Virus record (IMG/VR): IMGVR_UViG_3300021968_000069
Location: 7,679 to 71,678 of that record
Length of the DNA stretch: 64,000 nucleotides
Direction: 5' to 3' (one strand)
Source: a virus
Taxonomy: Duplodnaviria > Caudoviricetes
How positions within the stretch are numbered: the first letter of the stretch is position 1; every line of letters begins with the position of its first letter. A model generated the notes under the pieces. It did no database searches. It was not told the origin of the DNA and saw only the letters and a program-made list of their open reading frames with translations. The translations under genes and the position numbers were made by a program. Below, piece by piece: positions 1 through 9,573 of the stretch.

Positions 1-52
1 TTGAGGGCTTTCGCCATACTGGAGTTTATTTTACTGACACATGTTGACGTAT

Positions 53-82
53 CAAATGTAAATAAAATACTACATTTTGTAA
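53..82 (-). promoter_or_regulatory. Putative late promoter (TACATTTG -7 box with upstream TACA-N3-TGTA palindrome)
   Basis: Matches the Bacteroidota TAnnTTTG -7 consensus; 26 of 29 aligned positions identical to 34222-34250; an ATG at 17 starts an ORF that runs off the window. Confidence 0.55.
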
Positions 83-113
83 TATTTCAATAAAAGTGGG
101 AGGAAGTGGGAAT

Positions 114-545
114 TTAATTACCGAGCAGTTTCATTCCGTCACCTTCCAATATCATTTTTGATAAAGTCCGTCCGCTGGTATTCATTACCAAGTAAGCCAT
201 AAACACTTCCGGCAATGGTGCAAGCTCCGCATCAACGATGGCCAACTGTGCCTCAACCCAATCTTTTATGATGCGCCATGATACTCTGAATGCCTGCTCC
301 TCATTTCTAAGTTTGCCTGGTATATCACTATCGTTCTTAATAATATTCCAAACTCCTTTGTGGTTACATGGTAAAAGAAAATTCATTGGTATCCCTTTAT
401 AATCAATTGTGAAAGACAAGGCAACTGGTCTCGTTCCTTCATTTTTAATTGAGAAATGAGAAACTTTATGCTTGCTCATGATCTGTTGAATCTCGTTCAC
501 TGTTTTCCATGGATCGATACTTGTTGTATAGTTTAGTATTGGCAT
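114..545 (-). CDS. Hypothetical phage protein
   Basis: ORF track 114..593; start moved to MPILNYTT, directly after the stop of the upstream small ORF. Confidence 0.7.
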   Translation of the reverse strand: MPILNYTTSIDPWKTVNEIQQIMSKHKVSHFSIKNEGTRPVALSFTIDYKGIPMNFLLPCNHKGVWNIIKNDSDIPGKLRNEEQAFRVSWRIIKDWVEAQLAIVDAELAPLPEVFMAYLVMNTSGRTLSKMILEGDGMKLLGN

Positions 546-546
546 A

Positions 547-723
547 TCAAATGAATTTAATTTTCTTTCCTGTTGCATTCCATCCGGCGGCAAATGCAGA
601 CATTAAAATGTTTCTTCTGTAAAAAGCTTTTATACCTTTTGCTTTCAGCGCTTCGTCTGAATTTTTAAAGTCGTTGGTCCTTCTGTAATCCAACCAGGCT
701 TTTCGATAGTTTGTAATTGGCAT
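547..723 (-). CDS. Small hypothetical protein (58 aa, MPITNYRKAW...)
   Basis: Read by hand; below the track threshold; fills the gap in the operon. Confidence 0.6.
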   Translation of the reverse strand: MPITNYRKAWLDYRRTNDFKNSDEALKAKGIKAFYRRNILMSAFAAGWNATGKKIKFI

Positions 724-732
724 AGCAATTTT

Positions 733-954
733 TTAATCAACAAACCCAATGGGTTTTATTTTGGAAATATGTTTGAGTGTTACATAATTTTTCCCGTTAG
801 CAGGATCCTTCTCTGGCTTCGTACATTCAACATCAAGGAATACATGCAGGTAAACTCTATTGAACCGGGAAAAGTTTTCATGCTGCTCTTTGTTTAAAGC
901 AATGCCCCATCTGTTTTCGCCTAAATCGTATATGATGCCGCGGTTCTTTGACAT
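733..954 (-). CDS. Hypothetical protein
   Basis: ORF track; in operon. Confidence 0.65.
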   Translation of the reverse strand: MSKNRGIIYDLGENRWGIALNKEQHENFSRFNRVYLHVFLDVECTKPEKDPANGKNYVTLKHISKIKPIGFVD

Positions 955-1368
955 TTAAAAAAGTTTAGTTGTATATCTGAATCCCTGAAATCCTGATCGC
1001 TTTATTTTGAACGGTGCTTTTACAAAAGGACCAGCAAGAATGATGCGTGGCCATGTAATTACTTCTTTGCTCGACCATGAAACACCATCGCCATTATGAA
1101 TTGTCGTTTGTCCTTTTTCATAGCCACCATATACCAATCGATATCTTACCTGGTTGCAAACAATCACATACACATAAATTATATCATACTTTGGAGCGTT
1201 CTTGCATTTTTGTAACCAGCGGCCATCTTCGGTATTCATTTCTTTTTCGAAATAACGAATGAATGCGAGTAGCCCTCCCTTCTCTTTGATCAGATCTTTT
1301 CCCCAGGTGACTGCAATACCTTCCGGCAATATCGATGGATCCTTACTATATCCTTGCGCTGTGATCAT
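955..1368 (-). CDS. Hypothetical phage protein
   Basis: Start moved to MITAQG, which gives an ATGA overlap with the upstream gene. Confidence 0.65.
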   Translation of the reverse strand: MITAQGYSKDPSILPEGIAVTWGKDLIKEKGGLLAFIRYFEKEMNTEDGRWLQKCKNAPKYDIIYVYVIVCNQVRYRLVYGGYEKGQTTIHNGDGVSWSSKEVITWPRIILAGPFVKAPFKIKRSGFQGFRYTTKLF

Positions 1369-1979
1369 GATGGTTTTCCTGTTGTAGACAATACCTTGAA
1401 TTGAATTACCCACACAAAAGGATTTTCATTCCAGCTTTCTTCTCCGTTTATTTTTCTCCAAAGTGTTTCATATGAATGCACAGGTGAAGGACCGTACTTA
1501 TCTTTTGTATAGTGCTTCCAAACAATTCTTCCGTTGCCGCTTATTGATCTTTCAATTCCCTCCGCAATTGCATCCTCTTCTGTTATTTCATGCAACCGCT
1601 CAACCTTTATACTTAATATTTCATCCCAGATCCTAGCTGCTTCCTTCGGCATGAAAATGGACGGCTTCCATTTTATATTTCCGAAGTCATTATTATCAGC
1701 TTTAAAATCATAAGCTCCGCTTCCCAAATCACCTTCTATCCATCGCCATGTTTCTCTTGTCCAAAGAAGATCACCCGGCATCCATCTGCTATAATCATCA
1801 ATAAACCGATCTTTCCAGTTATGAATATCATATTGCTTTCTGTGCTTGCCATCAAAAACAAATCCACTGTCCTGATCAATGATCGGCTGAGGGTTGATTA
1901 TTCGTCTGGTCTTTGTTTTCGTGCCTTCAAGCTTTGCGATGACCATATCTGTACTGAATAAAATTGGATGCTCTTTCAT
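1365..1979 (-). CDS. ASCH/PUA-like phage protein
   Basis: PILFSTDMV...KTKTRRII, WKPSIFMP, VERLHEITEEDAIAEG and WNENPFVWVIQF motifs. Confidence 0.65.
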   Translation of the reverse strand: MKEHPILFSTDMVIAKLEGTKTKTRRIINPQPIIDQDSGFVFDGKHRKQYDIHNWKDRFIDDYSRWMPGDLLWTRETWRWIEGDLGSGAYDFKADNNDFGNIKWKPSIFMPKEAARIWDEILSIKVERLHEITEEDAIAEGIERSISGNGRIVWKHYTKDKYGPSPVHSYETLWRKINGEESWNENPFVWVIQFKVLSTTGKPS

Positions 1980-2401
1980 GCTATCATTTCATTTAAAGTT
2001 TTCAACACAGTTGTGTAGTTCAAAGCAGTAACCCGGATCACCTTCCACCCCAATGTTGTAGCCCGGTTATATTTATCAGAATCCTTTGTATAATGCCTGG
2101 CAGTATTGTGTCCGCTCTTTTCCATAAATATTCCTCCCTCATACTCGATCGCAATTTTTAATGCAGGTATGCAGTAATCGAATCGCCATCCGCGGTCACA
2201 GAACTTATATTCCTTTTCCAACGTCAGTGCCTTTTCATTACACCAATACTGCAGGTTCCAATCAAGCCAGATAATTGCTTTTGATTTTGGTTGTGGAATA
2301 GTTGGAGTGCCGGCAGGTTTCGTTCTTTGTGCAGCATTATAACTCCTGATCTTTTTATCAAAGAGTAACCCCTTTATTTGTTTTTCTGTCCAGTTTTGCA
2401 T
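1976..2401 (-). CDS. DUF559/Vsr-like PD-(D/E)xK endonuclease
   Basis: WRFDYCIP..KIAIEYEGG...H...DSDKYNRA...GWKVIR. Confidence 0.7.
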   Translation of the reverse strand: MQNWTEKQIKGLLFDKKIRSYNAAQRTKPAGTPTIPQPKSKAIIWLDWNLQYWCNEKALTLEKEYKFCDRGWRFDYCIPALKIAIEYEGGIFMEKSGHNTARHYTKDSDKYNRATTLGWKVIRVTALNYTTVLKTLNEMIA

Positions 2402-2410
2402 GATGATGTT

Positions 2411-3292
2411 TTAATATTTACCCCTTACGCTTTCACCTTTTATTTCAATCACATTGAAACATTGCTTTATCCGGTCAGTGATCCTCACACCATACTTTTC
2501 TTTTATCTGGTCAAATGTGAGATTGGTAGTTACATGCCGGTGAAAGAATGGAACCCGGGCCTCGTAAGCATCAAGTAGAATGTTTTCCATTACATTGATC
2601 GGTGTACCGTAATGCTTCGCCTGCATTGTTTCAGTTCCCAGATCATTATAGCAAATGCCGGTTTCTTCCTGGAAGAAATTGTCAAAGCTTTTTGCTTCTG
2701 GTTTTACGATCCTGCTGTAATGTGCAATATGATCGTCCCCGCTCTTAACATAGCCTGCAACTATTTTAGGACATTGAACCACACGATAGCAAAGCCTTTT
2801 ATTCCTGCTAAACATGATCATCATCAACGTCTTTCCGCAACCTGGATTACTCCACAACCAAAGGCCTTTTTGAAGTGAAAATTTTAAACCGGTGGTGTTG
2901 TATTCATTCGCTGCTAGTTCTTCAAACTCAGGAGCATTAGTGAAGTAAAGCGACAAAGCCGTGATCGCATTCTGCTGATATTTCAATGGCTCAAATACAA
3001 GGTCTGGTCTTCCTGTTTCACCACGAACTATCTCAGTTGCTCTTTTTTGAGCGAACGAATAGAGTTCATTCGGTGTCCACGGCCGCTGCCAATCATTCAT
3101 TTTTTCCTGCGCCAGTCTCTTCTTTCGCTGATCCTCCAGCACTGCATGTTTTTTTACCATTGCTTCTTTCAAAGCAAGTTCTTTCTCTTCTTCGGTCAGG
3201 TCCACAATCTCAAAGGGTACCGGCGCCTGCAGCTGTTCCGGTAATAGTTGCCCGATGTGTGTTATTTTGGCCAGTCTTTCTGTCGATATCAT
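2411..3292 (-). CDS. DnaC/IstB-like AAA+ ATPase (helicase loader)
   Basis: Walker A variant SNPGCGKT, YNDLGTE, TTNL, RITDRI; follows the initiator gene. Confidence 0.75.
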   Translation of the reverse strand: MISTERLAKITHIGQLLPEQLQAPVPFEIVDLTEEEKELALKEAMVKKHAVLEDQRKKRLAQEKMNDWQRPWTPNELYSFAQKRATEIVRGETGRPDLVFEPLKYQQNAITALSLYFTNAPEFEELAANEYNTTGLKFSLQKGLWLWSNPGCGKTLMMIMFSRNKRLCYRVVQCPKIVAGYVKSGDDHIAHYSRIVKPEAKSFDNFFQEETGICYNDLGTETMQAKHYGTPINVMENILLDAYEARVPFFHRHVTTNLTFDQIKEKYGVRITDRIKQCFNVIEIKGESVRGKY

Positions 3293-4004
3293 TTTTTTTC
3301 CAATTTGTTATAAAATTTGGTACCAGTGATGCAAAACTTTTTATTGGTGATCCATTCAAAAACCATCCAATGCTGTCATATTTATTGAAAAAAGTATCAG
3401 CCATTTCAGCCGTGCCGCCGGCATTCAAAAAAACTTCCTGAACTTTTTGTTTTTCAGGAACAACAGGTTTTCTGAATAAATTCGAATTACTCATATCAAT
3501 TTTTTCGTCCGGCGCGGAACTCCCTATCCTTTCCTTTTCTTTTTTTTCTTTACTTTCTTTATGTACTTCCTCCTGAGTTTTGCCTATTTCATCCGGAGGT
3601 TTTGCACTTTCTTCATGGAATAATTTTAAATTGTCCGGAATAAAAACATCCTTTCGTTTACACAGCCGGCATACAGTTATATACCTTTTTTGGATAGATA
3701 ATGAAGTGAGTGCTCTCTCGCTTGTAAATAGTTCTTTATTAAAAAGACCCACTGTACAGCAATAGTTCACTACTTCGGTTACGGTGTTTTCTTTCACCTT
3801 CAGGACATCGGCCACGTTAAAGGCAGTACTTTCGTCCCACACAATAAAACAGCCCTTGTCCCGGTATATCTCATTAAGTATAAAATCATAAATAGCAATT
3901 CCGGATACAGAAAAAGCATGAATGAGTCGCTTTACTTTCAGATCACTAAAGCGATCAGTTTCCAGGTTATAATATGCCAATCCAGTTTTTATATTTCTAG
4001 CCAT
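3210..4004 (-). CDS. Phage replication initiator (DUF4373-like N-terminus)
   Basis: GLAYYNLETD...GIAIYDFILNEIYRDKG...LTSLSIQKRY, charged linker, C-terminal helical domain. Confidence 0.75.
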   Translation of the reverse strand: MARNIKTGLAYYNLETDRFSDLKVKRLIHAFSVSGIAIYDFILNEIYRDKGCFIVWDESTAFNVADVLKVKENTVTEVVNYCCTVGLFNKELFTSERALTSLSIQKRYITVCRLCKRKDVFIPDNLKLFHEESAKPPDEIGKTQEEVHKESKEKKEKERIGSSAPDEKIDMSNSNLFRKPVVPEKQKVQEVFLNAGGTAEMADTFFNKYDSIGWFLNGSPIKSFASLVPNFITNWKKNDIDRKTGQNNTHRATITGTAAGAGTL

Positions 4005-4007
4005 TAA

Positions 4008-4637
4008 TTAATAATTTACGTTTCTCATTTTAGGATGTTGATATTGTACTCCAAGCCAATCAAAGAACTCCTGCTCGCTGGACCAAACAGGCGGCAACGT
4101 TGGCTTTGTTACCGATGCTTTAATACTCCACGTTGTTTTCCCTTCGGTGTTTTTAACGCCGTCACATTCATCCTGTAGCCGCAATCCATGTGATGTACCA
4201 CACCAGCCCATTTTTAACCATCCGGTAGCAATGACTTTATGAGAATAGTCAGCAGATCCAGTCCTGATAGCAAACTGGCGCCAATAATCATAAGGCATCG
4301 GCATAAACAGATCCAGTACAATTTTTTCAGGAAGAAGTATCTGCATCATTCTTCCTTCAGGCTTACCCTTTATTATCTTTCCTAATTCATTTACCGATTT
4401 TACAAAGTCGGGAGATATCACAGTTTTGCGGTCATCATTACCAAACAGATCAAGAGAACCAACCTTTACAGTTTTGGCCACACAAACAATTTCAATATCC
4501 TTTACTTCCGGTTTTTCTCTGCGGATGCTGCCCGCAATATTGATCACCTGGCAATTCGGAGTAATGATGGCCACGACCTTTTGAGCGATATGCAAGGCCA
4601 TTTTATGGGCGAACATTCTATATTGAACTTCTGACAT
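4008..4637 (-). CDS. Short DNA polymerase X-like nucleotidyltransferase
   Basis: IAGSIRREKPEVKDIEIV, LDLF and RTGSADYS motifs of the PolX palm/thumb. Confidence 0.75.
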   Translation of the reverse strand: MSEVQYRMFAHKMALHIAQKVVAIITPNCQVINIAGSIRREKPEVKDIEIVCVAKTVKVGSLDLFGNDDRKTVISPDFVKSVNELGKIIKGKPEGRMMQILLPEKIVLDLFMPMPYDYWRQFAIRTGSADYSHKVIATGWLKMGWCGTSHGLRLQDECDGVKNTEGKTTWSIKASVTKPTLPPVWSSEQEFFDWLGVQYQHPKMRNVNY

Positions 4638-4640
4638 AGA

Positions 4641-5045
4641 TTATAATTTCATCCACACACTCGCATTCGCTCCATGTGCTGTTGTGTTTTTAACTTTATC
4701 CTTTCTTACAAATTGGAAGTACTTATCCTTGCCCCACTTTGGAATAAATCCAAAAGCCCGATTACTTGGTGGCATATCCAGCAATCCCATATCCTTAACA
4801 TGCTTTCTAAAATCTTCGATCATAAATTCACTGCCGGCCTTCCTGTTTCTTCTTAACCATACCAGGAACAATTGCCAGCATAGTTTTGTCCATCCCTTTT
4901 CTTTTTTCTCTGCGGTTTCGATTGCAAGCGATAATCCAGCATCACCAAGCTTTTTTCCCGCAACCATATCAAAGACGATCGTAGGTTTTCTTACTTCGAT
5001 CGGTTGATCAAATAAGGATGGTTGATATGGTTTCGCTGCTCTCAA
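4641..5045 (-). CDS. Hypothetical protein
   Basis: ORF track; in operon. Confidence 0.65.
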   Translation of the reverse strand: MRAAKPYQPSLFDQPIEVRKPTIVFDMVAGKKLGDAGLSLAIETAEKKEKGWTKLCWQLFLVWLRRNRKAGSEFMIEDFRKHVKDMGLLDMPPSNRAFGFIPKWGKDKYFQFVRKDKVKNTTAHGANASVWMKL

Positions 5046-5047
5046 TT

Positions 5048-5512
5048 TTATTTCTTGGTGGTTGTTTTATCAATAGCAAGTCCTTCAGTGATTAAATTGA
5101 ATAAGTCAAAGCCTTTTGATAACAGGTAGCGAAATTCTTCAAACCCGAAAACCTCTTTTGCTACAGGAACATTTTTCTCTCTAATTGATTCGCCCCATGA
5201 CACAACGATTTCATTAAACCCGTTTCTGTAAGCCCGATATTCTCTTTTGTGTGGATGTTCGCCATACTGTTTCCATTCACTAATCTTTACAAGTTCAATC
5301 GCTTCTTCCTCTGTAATATCAGATAGAGGGCGAAGGACGGGCATGTAATCACCCAAATTTGTTCTGTAAGATTCACTCCCATTGATAACGGCGATACCAA
5401 AACTTGTGTGCGGAATTATTTCAGGAATCACAGACATGAGAATTACAAATCCTGTGTCACATCTCAATGTGCATCCAACGTATAAGTGTAAATAGTCTTT
5501 AATTTCTTTCAT
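5048..5512 (-). CDS. Hypothetical phage protein
   Basis: YLHLYVGC...PVLRPLSDITEEE...YLLSKGFDLFNLI. Confidence 0.65.
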   Translation of the reverse strand: MKEIKDYLHLYVGCTLRCDTGFVILMSVIPEIIPHTSFGIAVINGSESYRTNLGDYMPVLRPLSDITEEEAIELVKISEWKQYGEHPHKREYRAYRNGFNEIVVSWGESIREKNVPVAKEVFGFEEFRYLLSKGFDLFNLITEGLAIDKTTTKK

Positions 5513-5513
5513 T

Positions 5514-5750
5514 TTATTTTTTCTTTACATCAATAATTAACATATGTCTTGTACCAAATAATTCACTTGTGATATCGAAGGCCCGCCAGCTCACAACAGC
5601 ATAAACCATATCGCCGATCAGGAAATCTTTTATCCAACCACTCTTGATCTGCTCATATTTCCCTTTATCGAGCATCATCTGCTTTGCCTGGCTGGGCTCT
5701 GCTGGTCTGTCAACATTGAAAAGAACTAATTGGTATTGTACTGCCTCCAT
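5514..5750 (-). CDS. Hypothetical protein
   Basis: ORF track; in operon. Confidence 0.6.
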   Translation of the reverse strand: MEAVQYQLVLFNVDRPAEPSQAKQMMLDKGKYEQIKSGWIKDFLIGDMVYAVVSWRAFDITSELFGTRHMLIIDVKKK

Positions 5751-5752
5751 TA

Positions 5753-6271
5753 TTATTTTTCAGAATCTGATTTTGGTTTTTTGGTCCCATTCAATTGCTT
5801 ATGCATATCCAGACGTAAGCGTTCAATATTTATGATCTGCGTTACACTTTGACTGATAGCCGATGCCTGAGGTATAAATGCCGGACTGGTTTTTACCTTA
5901 TGAATATTTTCCCGTAATATCTTGACCAGCTCATCGGCAAGATTGTCTCCTTTTATTACATCAATAGGCACAAGCGCCTGGCTCTTTTCTTCAGTAGCAT
6001 AATCCAAATCGGACTGCTTAACCGTTACAACGGGTTCTTCTGTTATTTCTTTTTTTTCAACAACTGCAGTTTTGATAATTTCTATAAACCGGGGAAAAAA
6101 AGATTCTGCGTCGGTAAAATGTCTTTTGAATGTTTTGAGATTGGTTTTTAACTCGAATGTTTTATCAGATCCATTAACCTTGTAACTTGCTACAAGATGA
6201 GTTTGGTCTGCATAGGTGAAGGACTTACCCTTCATTGCTTCAAGTTTGTTTTGGATTTCCTGCGGTGTCAT
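5753..6271 (-). CDS. Hypothetical protein
   Basis: ORF track; in operon. Confidence 0.65.
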   Translation of the reverse strand: MTPQEIQNKLEAMKGKSFTYADQTHLVASYKVNGSDKTFELKTNLKTFKRHFTDAESFFPRFIEIIKTAVVEKKEITEEPVVTVKQSDLDYATEEKSQALVPIDVIKGDNLADELVKILRENIHKVKTSPAFIPQASAISQSVTQIINIERLRLDMHKQLNGTKKPKSDSEK

Positions 6272-7130
6272 TGATAGTTCTATTTAAAATGATAAGTTGA
6301 CGTTTTGCTTCAATTAATTTTTTGTTCTGTTTTAATTCAGGAATAAGATCCGGATGATTTTTACCTGCAATGGTCATGGCCACATATCCGTCTGACAAAT
6401 TCAAACTGCCTGAATTTCTTATTGCATTTTTCTTTTTTGATAGTAAGTACCAATTTGAAGGATCGCAATTAAGTGTGTCACCATCTTTACATGCCAGCAC
6501 ATGATCTTTAGGAACCGGACCTTTTACTTTTTCCCAATTGTATATCTGGAGCTCCTGCCACTTTCCCTTTGATATTCGGATATGCTTATGTGGCTTTTGA
6601 TCACGATCGTTACGATGCCGGATCCTAATGGCGCCATCATACAATGTAGTATGTGGTAATCCTCCTTTTTTAAATCTTGTTGCTTTTGTTTTTTCAATTT
6701 GTTCTTTACTCATGTATTCAGACTGCTTCAATCCTTTATTGTATGATATATTCCCTTTTTTTATTTGGGTTGATTTTATGAACTCTTCAACTATGTGACG
6801 GGGAGTTATAAGATTCAATTGGCGCTTCCTTGTCTTTACAAAAGTTTCTGATCTGCCGATGAGATTTGCTAGTGTGTTAACAGGAAGCAAAAGATATAAT
6901 TCGGTTATTAGGTAATCGACTTCAGGGGTAGATGATGTCCTTCGTCGATTCTTATCTGCCCGAAATTTTACTGATACTTCTTTTGGGACAACAAGACCAA
7001 ATCTTTTTTTAGCCCTATCACTAAGACCCTGAGATAATTTCAAAGCATTGTCCATGTCGTGGCCGGACATCAAGAGGTAGTTTTTCTTGATGAATTCAAT
7101 GTGTTTATCTGTCAATACCGAAACTCCCAT
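6240..7130 (-). CDS. HNH-like endonuclease domain protein
   Basis: FKKG-type repeats then KDGDTLNCDPSNW..LS...N; start moved to MGVSVL, just after the ParB stop. Confidence 0.65.
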   Translation of the reverse strand: MGVSVLTDKHIEFIKKNYLLMSGHDMDNALKLSQGLSDRAKKRFGLVVPKEVSVKFRADKNRRRTSSTPEVDYLITELYLLLPVNTLANLIGRSETFVKTRKRQLNLITPRHIVEEFIKSTQIKKGNISYNKGLKQSEYMSKEQIEKTKATRFKKGGLPHTTLYDGAIRIRHRNDRDQKPHKHIRISKGKWQELQIYNWEKVKGPVPKDHVLACKDGDTLNCDPSNWYLLSKKKNAIRNSGSLNLSDGYVAMTIAGKNHPDLIPELKQNKKLIEAKRQLIILNRTINDTAGNPKQT

Positions 7131-7131
7131 C

Positions 7132-8772
7132 TTATTTCTTTGCTGGTTTGGATTTTTTAACAGGCAATTCTTTCTTCTTTTCATTAAGATCGCTGATGCG
7201 CTTTTTAATTCTCTCATTCCTTTTATCCGCGATCAACTGCTGATCCTTTTCAATTGACTTGATGTCAATGCCGGCGTATTGTGCGATCAACCTCATACCG
7301 GTATCAGAAGTATTTACATCAGAAGCGAAATTTTTATTCAACCAATGATCAAAAGCAATTTCACGAACAAGGATGGCCAGCTGATCATCTGTAACCTTTG
7401 ACAGCTGCTTGAACATTTCTTCAGCATATCCCTTCCTGGAATAAGAGAATAGATCAAATCCTTTTATCTTAAACTTATTGTGAACAGCAAAACCAGAGCA
7501 CTCCTGCAGGAGAATGAATATCATGATGCCACGATCGACCGGCTGATGCTTCATAGCAAGAATGTCCTTTTTCTTTTTATCAACTTGTTCCAGGATGTCC
7601 TTGTGAACTTTATTCAGGTCTAGCTCTTTACTGCGCTTCTCACGATCATTGATGCGCTTGATTTCTTCGGTGATATCACCTGCAGTAAGCTTACCAGATT
7701 TTTCTTTTTCCTTTGTTGCGGTGGAGCTGCCGGCGCCACGATCACCAGCCTTACCAGGTAGATAGATGTCTTTGATCTTTCCAGCATCCCAACCATTGAG
7801 GAAAAATCCTTTTGCTTTTGTTCTGAACTTACTTCCGGACCAAGTGCTATCAGCGCAATCATCATCATCGATAAGCACCTTCACTTTCATCTTTTGTACA
7901 TATTCATTCACCGCTTTTGGAAACTCACGATATCGATCTCTCACCAAATGAACTTCGGGTTTTGTCTCAATGATCTCCTGCAGTTTTATAGTGAATGCTT
8001 TTGCAGACTTAGTGGAAAAACAATTTGAATCAAAGCAACGATCCGGAGTCTTTACATCAGCAAATAATAACTGATTGCAACCACTACGCTTTGGACAAGT
8101 TGTACAGGCACCAGCTTGCGGAAATAACGTTGCATCCTTTGTATCGAAAGATGCTTTTGAAAGATCACGGACAATGTTGCGCTCGATATGATCATTCATT
8201 TGAGAAACAGATCCAAAGTCTCGCTGATTTTTTATAACCTCTACCTGATCATTTGCGGTCAATCTTGCAAGGAGGATCGCATGACCGAGTAATAATTTAT
8301 TCTGTTTAAAAAGCTTTTGTGCAGTATCCGTAAGATCATTCAGTTTCAATCGTTGCGTCACAAACTCAGGCTTCTTTGCAAATCGTGCAGCGATCTCACC
8401 AACCGAATACTTTTTACTATCCATTAGTGATCGGAAAGCAACTGCCTCATCCATCGGATGTACATCTTTTCTCTGCAGGTTCTCGGTCACCTGGTATTCC
8501 AGGATCTGATCATCAGCAACCTTTTTAATGTTTGCGGGGATCGTTTCAAGTTTAGCAAGCTTCGCTGCAACATACCGGCGATGACCAAATATCAATTCAT
8601 AGTGACCGGGTTTATTATTTGGCCTTACAAGTATAGGCTGCATCACTCCATGTTTCAGGATGCTGTTCGATAGTTCAATGATATCGGGATCCTTTTCATT
8701 CACCGGTTCAACATCCCTGTAATTGGAAAGCATCTTGATATCAGTAATCGGGATAAATTTTAAATCATTCAT
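7132..8772 (-). CDS. ParB/Spo0J-family protein with long C-terminal extension
   Basis: ELSNSILKHGVMQPILVR, LIFGHRRY, ENLQRKDVHPMDEA, HTH, C..CP..SGC...C.D..CF. Confidence 0.85.
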   Translation of the reverse strand: MNDLKFIPITDIKMLSNYRDVEPVNEKDPDIIELSNSILKHGVMQPILVRPNNKPGHYELIFGHRRYVAAKLAKLETIPANIKKVADDQILEYQVTENLQRKDVHPMDEAVAFRSLMDSKKYSVGEIAARFAKKPEFVTQRLKLNDLTDTAQKLFKQNKLLLGHAILLARLTANDQVEVIKNQRDFGSVSQMNDHIERNIVRDLSKASFDTKDATLFPQAGACTTCPKRSGCNQLLFADVKTPDRCFDSNCFSTKSAKAFTIKLQEIIETKPEVHLVRDRYREFPKAVNEYVQKMKVKVLIDDDDCADSTWSGSKFRTKAKGFFLNGWDAGKIKDIYLPGKAGDRGAGSSTATKEKEKSGKLTAGDITEEIKRINDREKRSKELDLNKVHKDILEQVDKKKKDILAMKHQPVDRGIMIFILLQECSGFAVHNKFKIKGFDLFSYSRKGYAEEMFKQLSKVTDDQLAILVREIAFDHWLNKNFASDVNTSDTGMRLIAQYAGIDIKSIEKDQQLIADKRNERIKKRISDLNEKKKELPVKKSKPAKK

Positions 8773-8809
8773 GATATTATTTTTTTAAGATGAAAGCTTT
8801 TTTATCGTT

Positions 8810-9175
8810 TTACCAGATACCAGTTTTATCGTGTTCAAAAAATTCTGATTCCGGCATTTGTTTTTTGGCCCTTTCCATAAATTCAACTCCCACCATCTTT
8901 CCTATATCCCTCACCTGGTAATATTTTAAACCAAGGACTTTACAGATATCCCAATTGGTCATTACCGTGGCATTCGTTCTTACAAACTCCATTTGCTCGT
9001 CAGTATAATTGCTTCCTTTTTTCTTTATTGGAAGATTTAGTTCATTAGAATATCTCCAAATAGTAGTGGCACATAAACCAACTTTTTCCGACAGGTCATT
9101 TATGGAATATTTGCCTGGGCTTTTTGTAGTAAGCCTGATCAGTATTGGTAATTTTTTATAGATGATCCTTCTCAT
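8810..9175 (-). CDS. HTH-containing protein
   Basis: Two HTH-like segments (SINDLSEKVGLCATTIWRY; TNWDICKVLGL). Confidence 0.55.
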   Translation of the reverse strand: MRRIIYKKLPILIRLTTKSPGKYSINDLSEKVGLCATTIWRYSNELNLPIKKKGSNYTDEQMEFVRTNATVMTNWDICKVLGLKYYQVRDIGKMVGVEFMERAKKQMPESEFFEHDKTGIW

Positions 9176-9435
9176 ACAAGTGAGTCCTCCTCTATATTTT
9201 CAGGCCTATATCTTTTTTCCACTTCCAATTCTTTTGCTGTAAACACCCGGTTCCATGGGTTCACTATCTTGCTGGCAACAAGTGTTGCGTTCTCCATTGT
9301 TTTAAAATCCTGTGCATATGCAGGATCATCAGTAAGCTCAGCAACAAAGGATCCTTCCTTTCTTTTTACAGTATTACTTACAAACCTTTTGGGAGTAGTG
9401 TTGGCAGTGATGGCAATAATTTTTGGCATAAACAT
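9172..9435 (-). CDS. Hypothetical protein
   Basis: ORF track; overlaps the next gene by 4 nt. Confidence 0.6.
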   Translation of the reverse strand: MFMPKIIAITANTTPKRFVSNTVKRKEGSFVAELTDDPAYAQDFKTMENATLVASKIVNPWNRVFTAKELEVEKRYRPENIEEDSLV

Positions 9436-9453
9436 TTTTTTAAATTTTTAAAT

Positions 9454-9479
9454 AAGCACCCTGTAGAGACAGGGCGCTT
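9454..9479 (-). terminator. Hairpin AAGCGCCCTGT-CTCT-ACAGGGTGCTT followed by ATTT
   Basis: 11-bp stem; same CTGT-N4-ACAG core as at 18671, 18733 and 34602. Confidence 0.55.
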
Positions 9480-9509
9480 CCATTAAACCTTATCTTATGA
9501 AAATTGAAG

Positions 9510-9570
9510 TGGAGAGGGCCGGAATCGAACCGACATCGTCGCGTACGGTACACCATTATACCACCTCCCC
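9510..9570 (-). ncRNA. 61-nt tRNA-like element with a collapsed anticodon arm
   Basis: Acceptor GGGGAGG/CCTCTCC+A; D arm GTAT-AATGGT-GTAC; T arm GTCGG-TTCGATT-CCGGC; only CGT-ACGCG-ACG between the D and T arms. Confidence 0.75.
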
Positions 9571-9573
9571 GTA

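Noticed and set aside
9510-9570. Canonical decoding tRNA
   Set aside because: Only 11 nt between the D and variable regions; a 5-bp stem with a 7-nt anticodon loop cannot form
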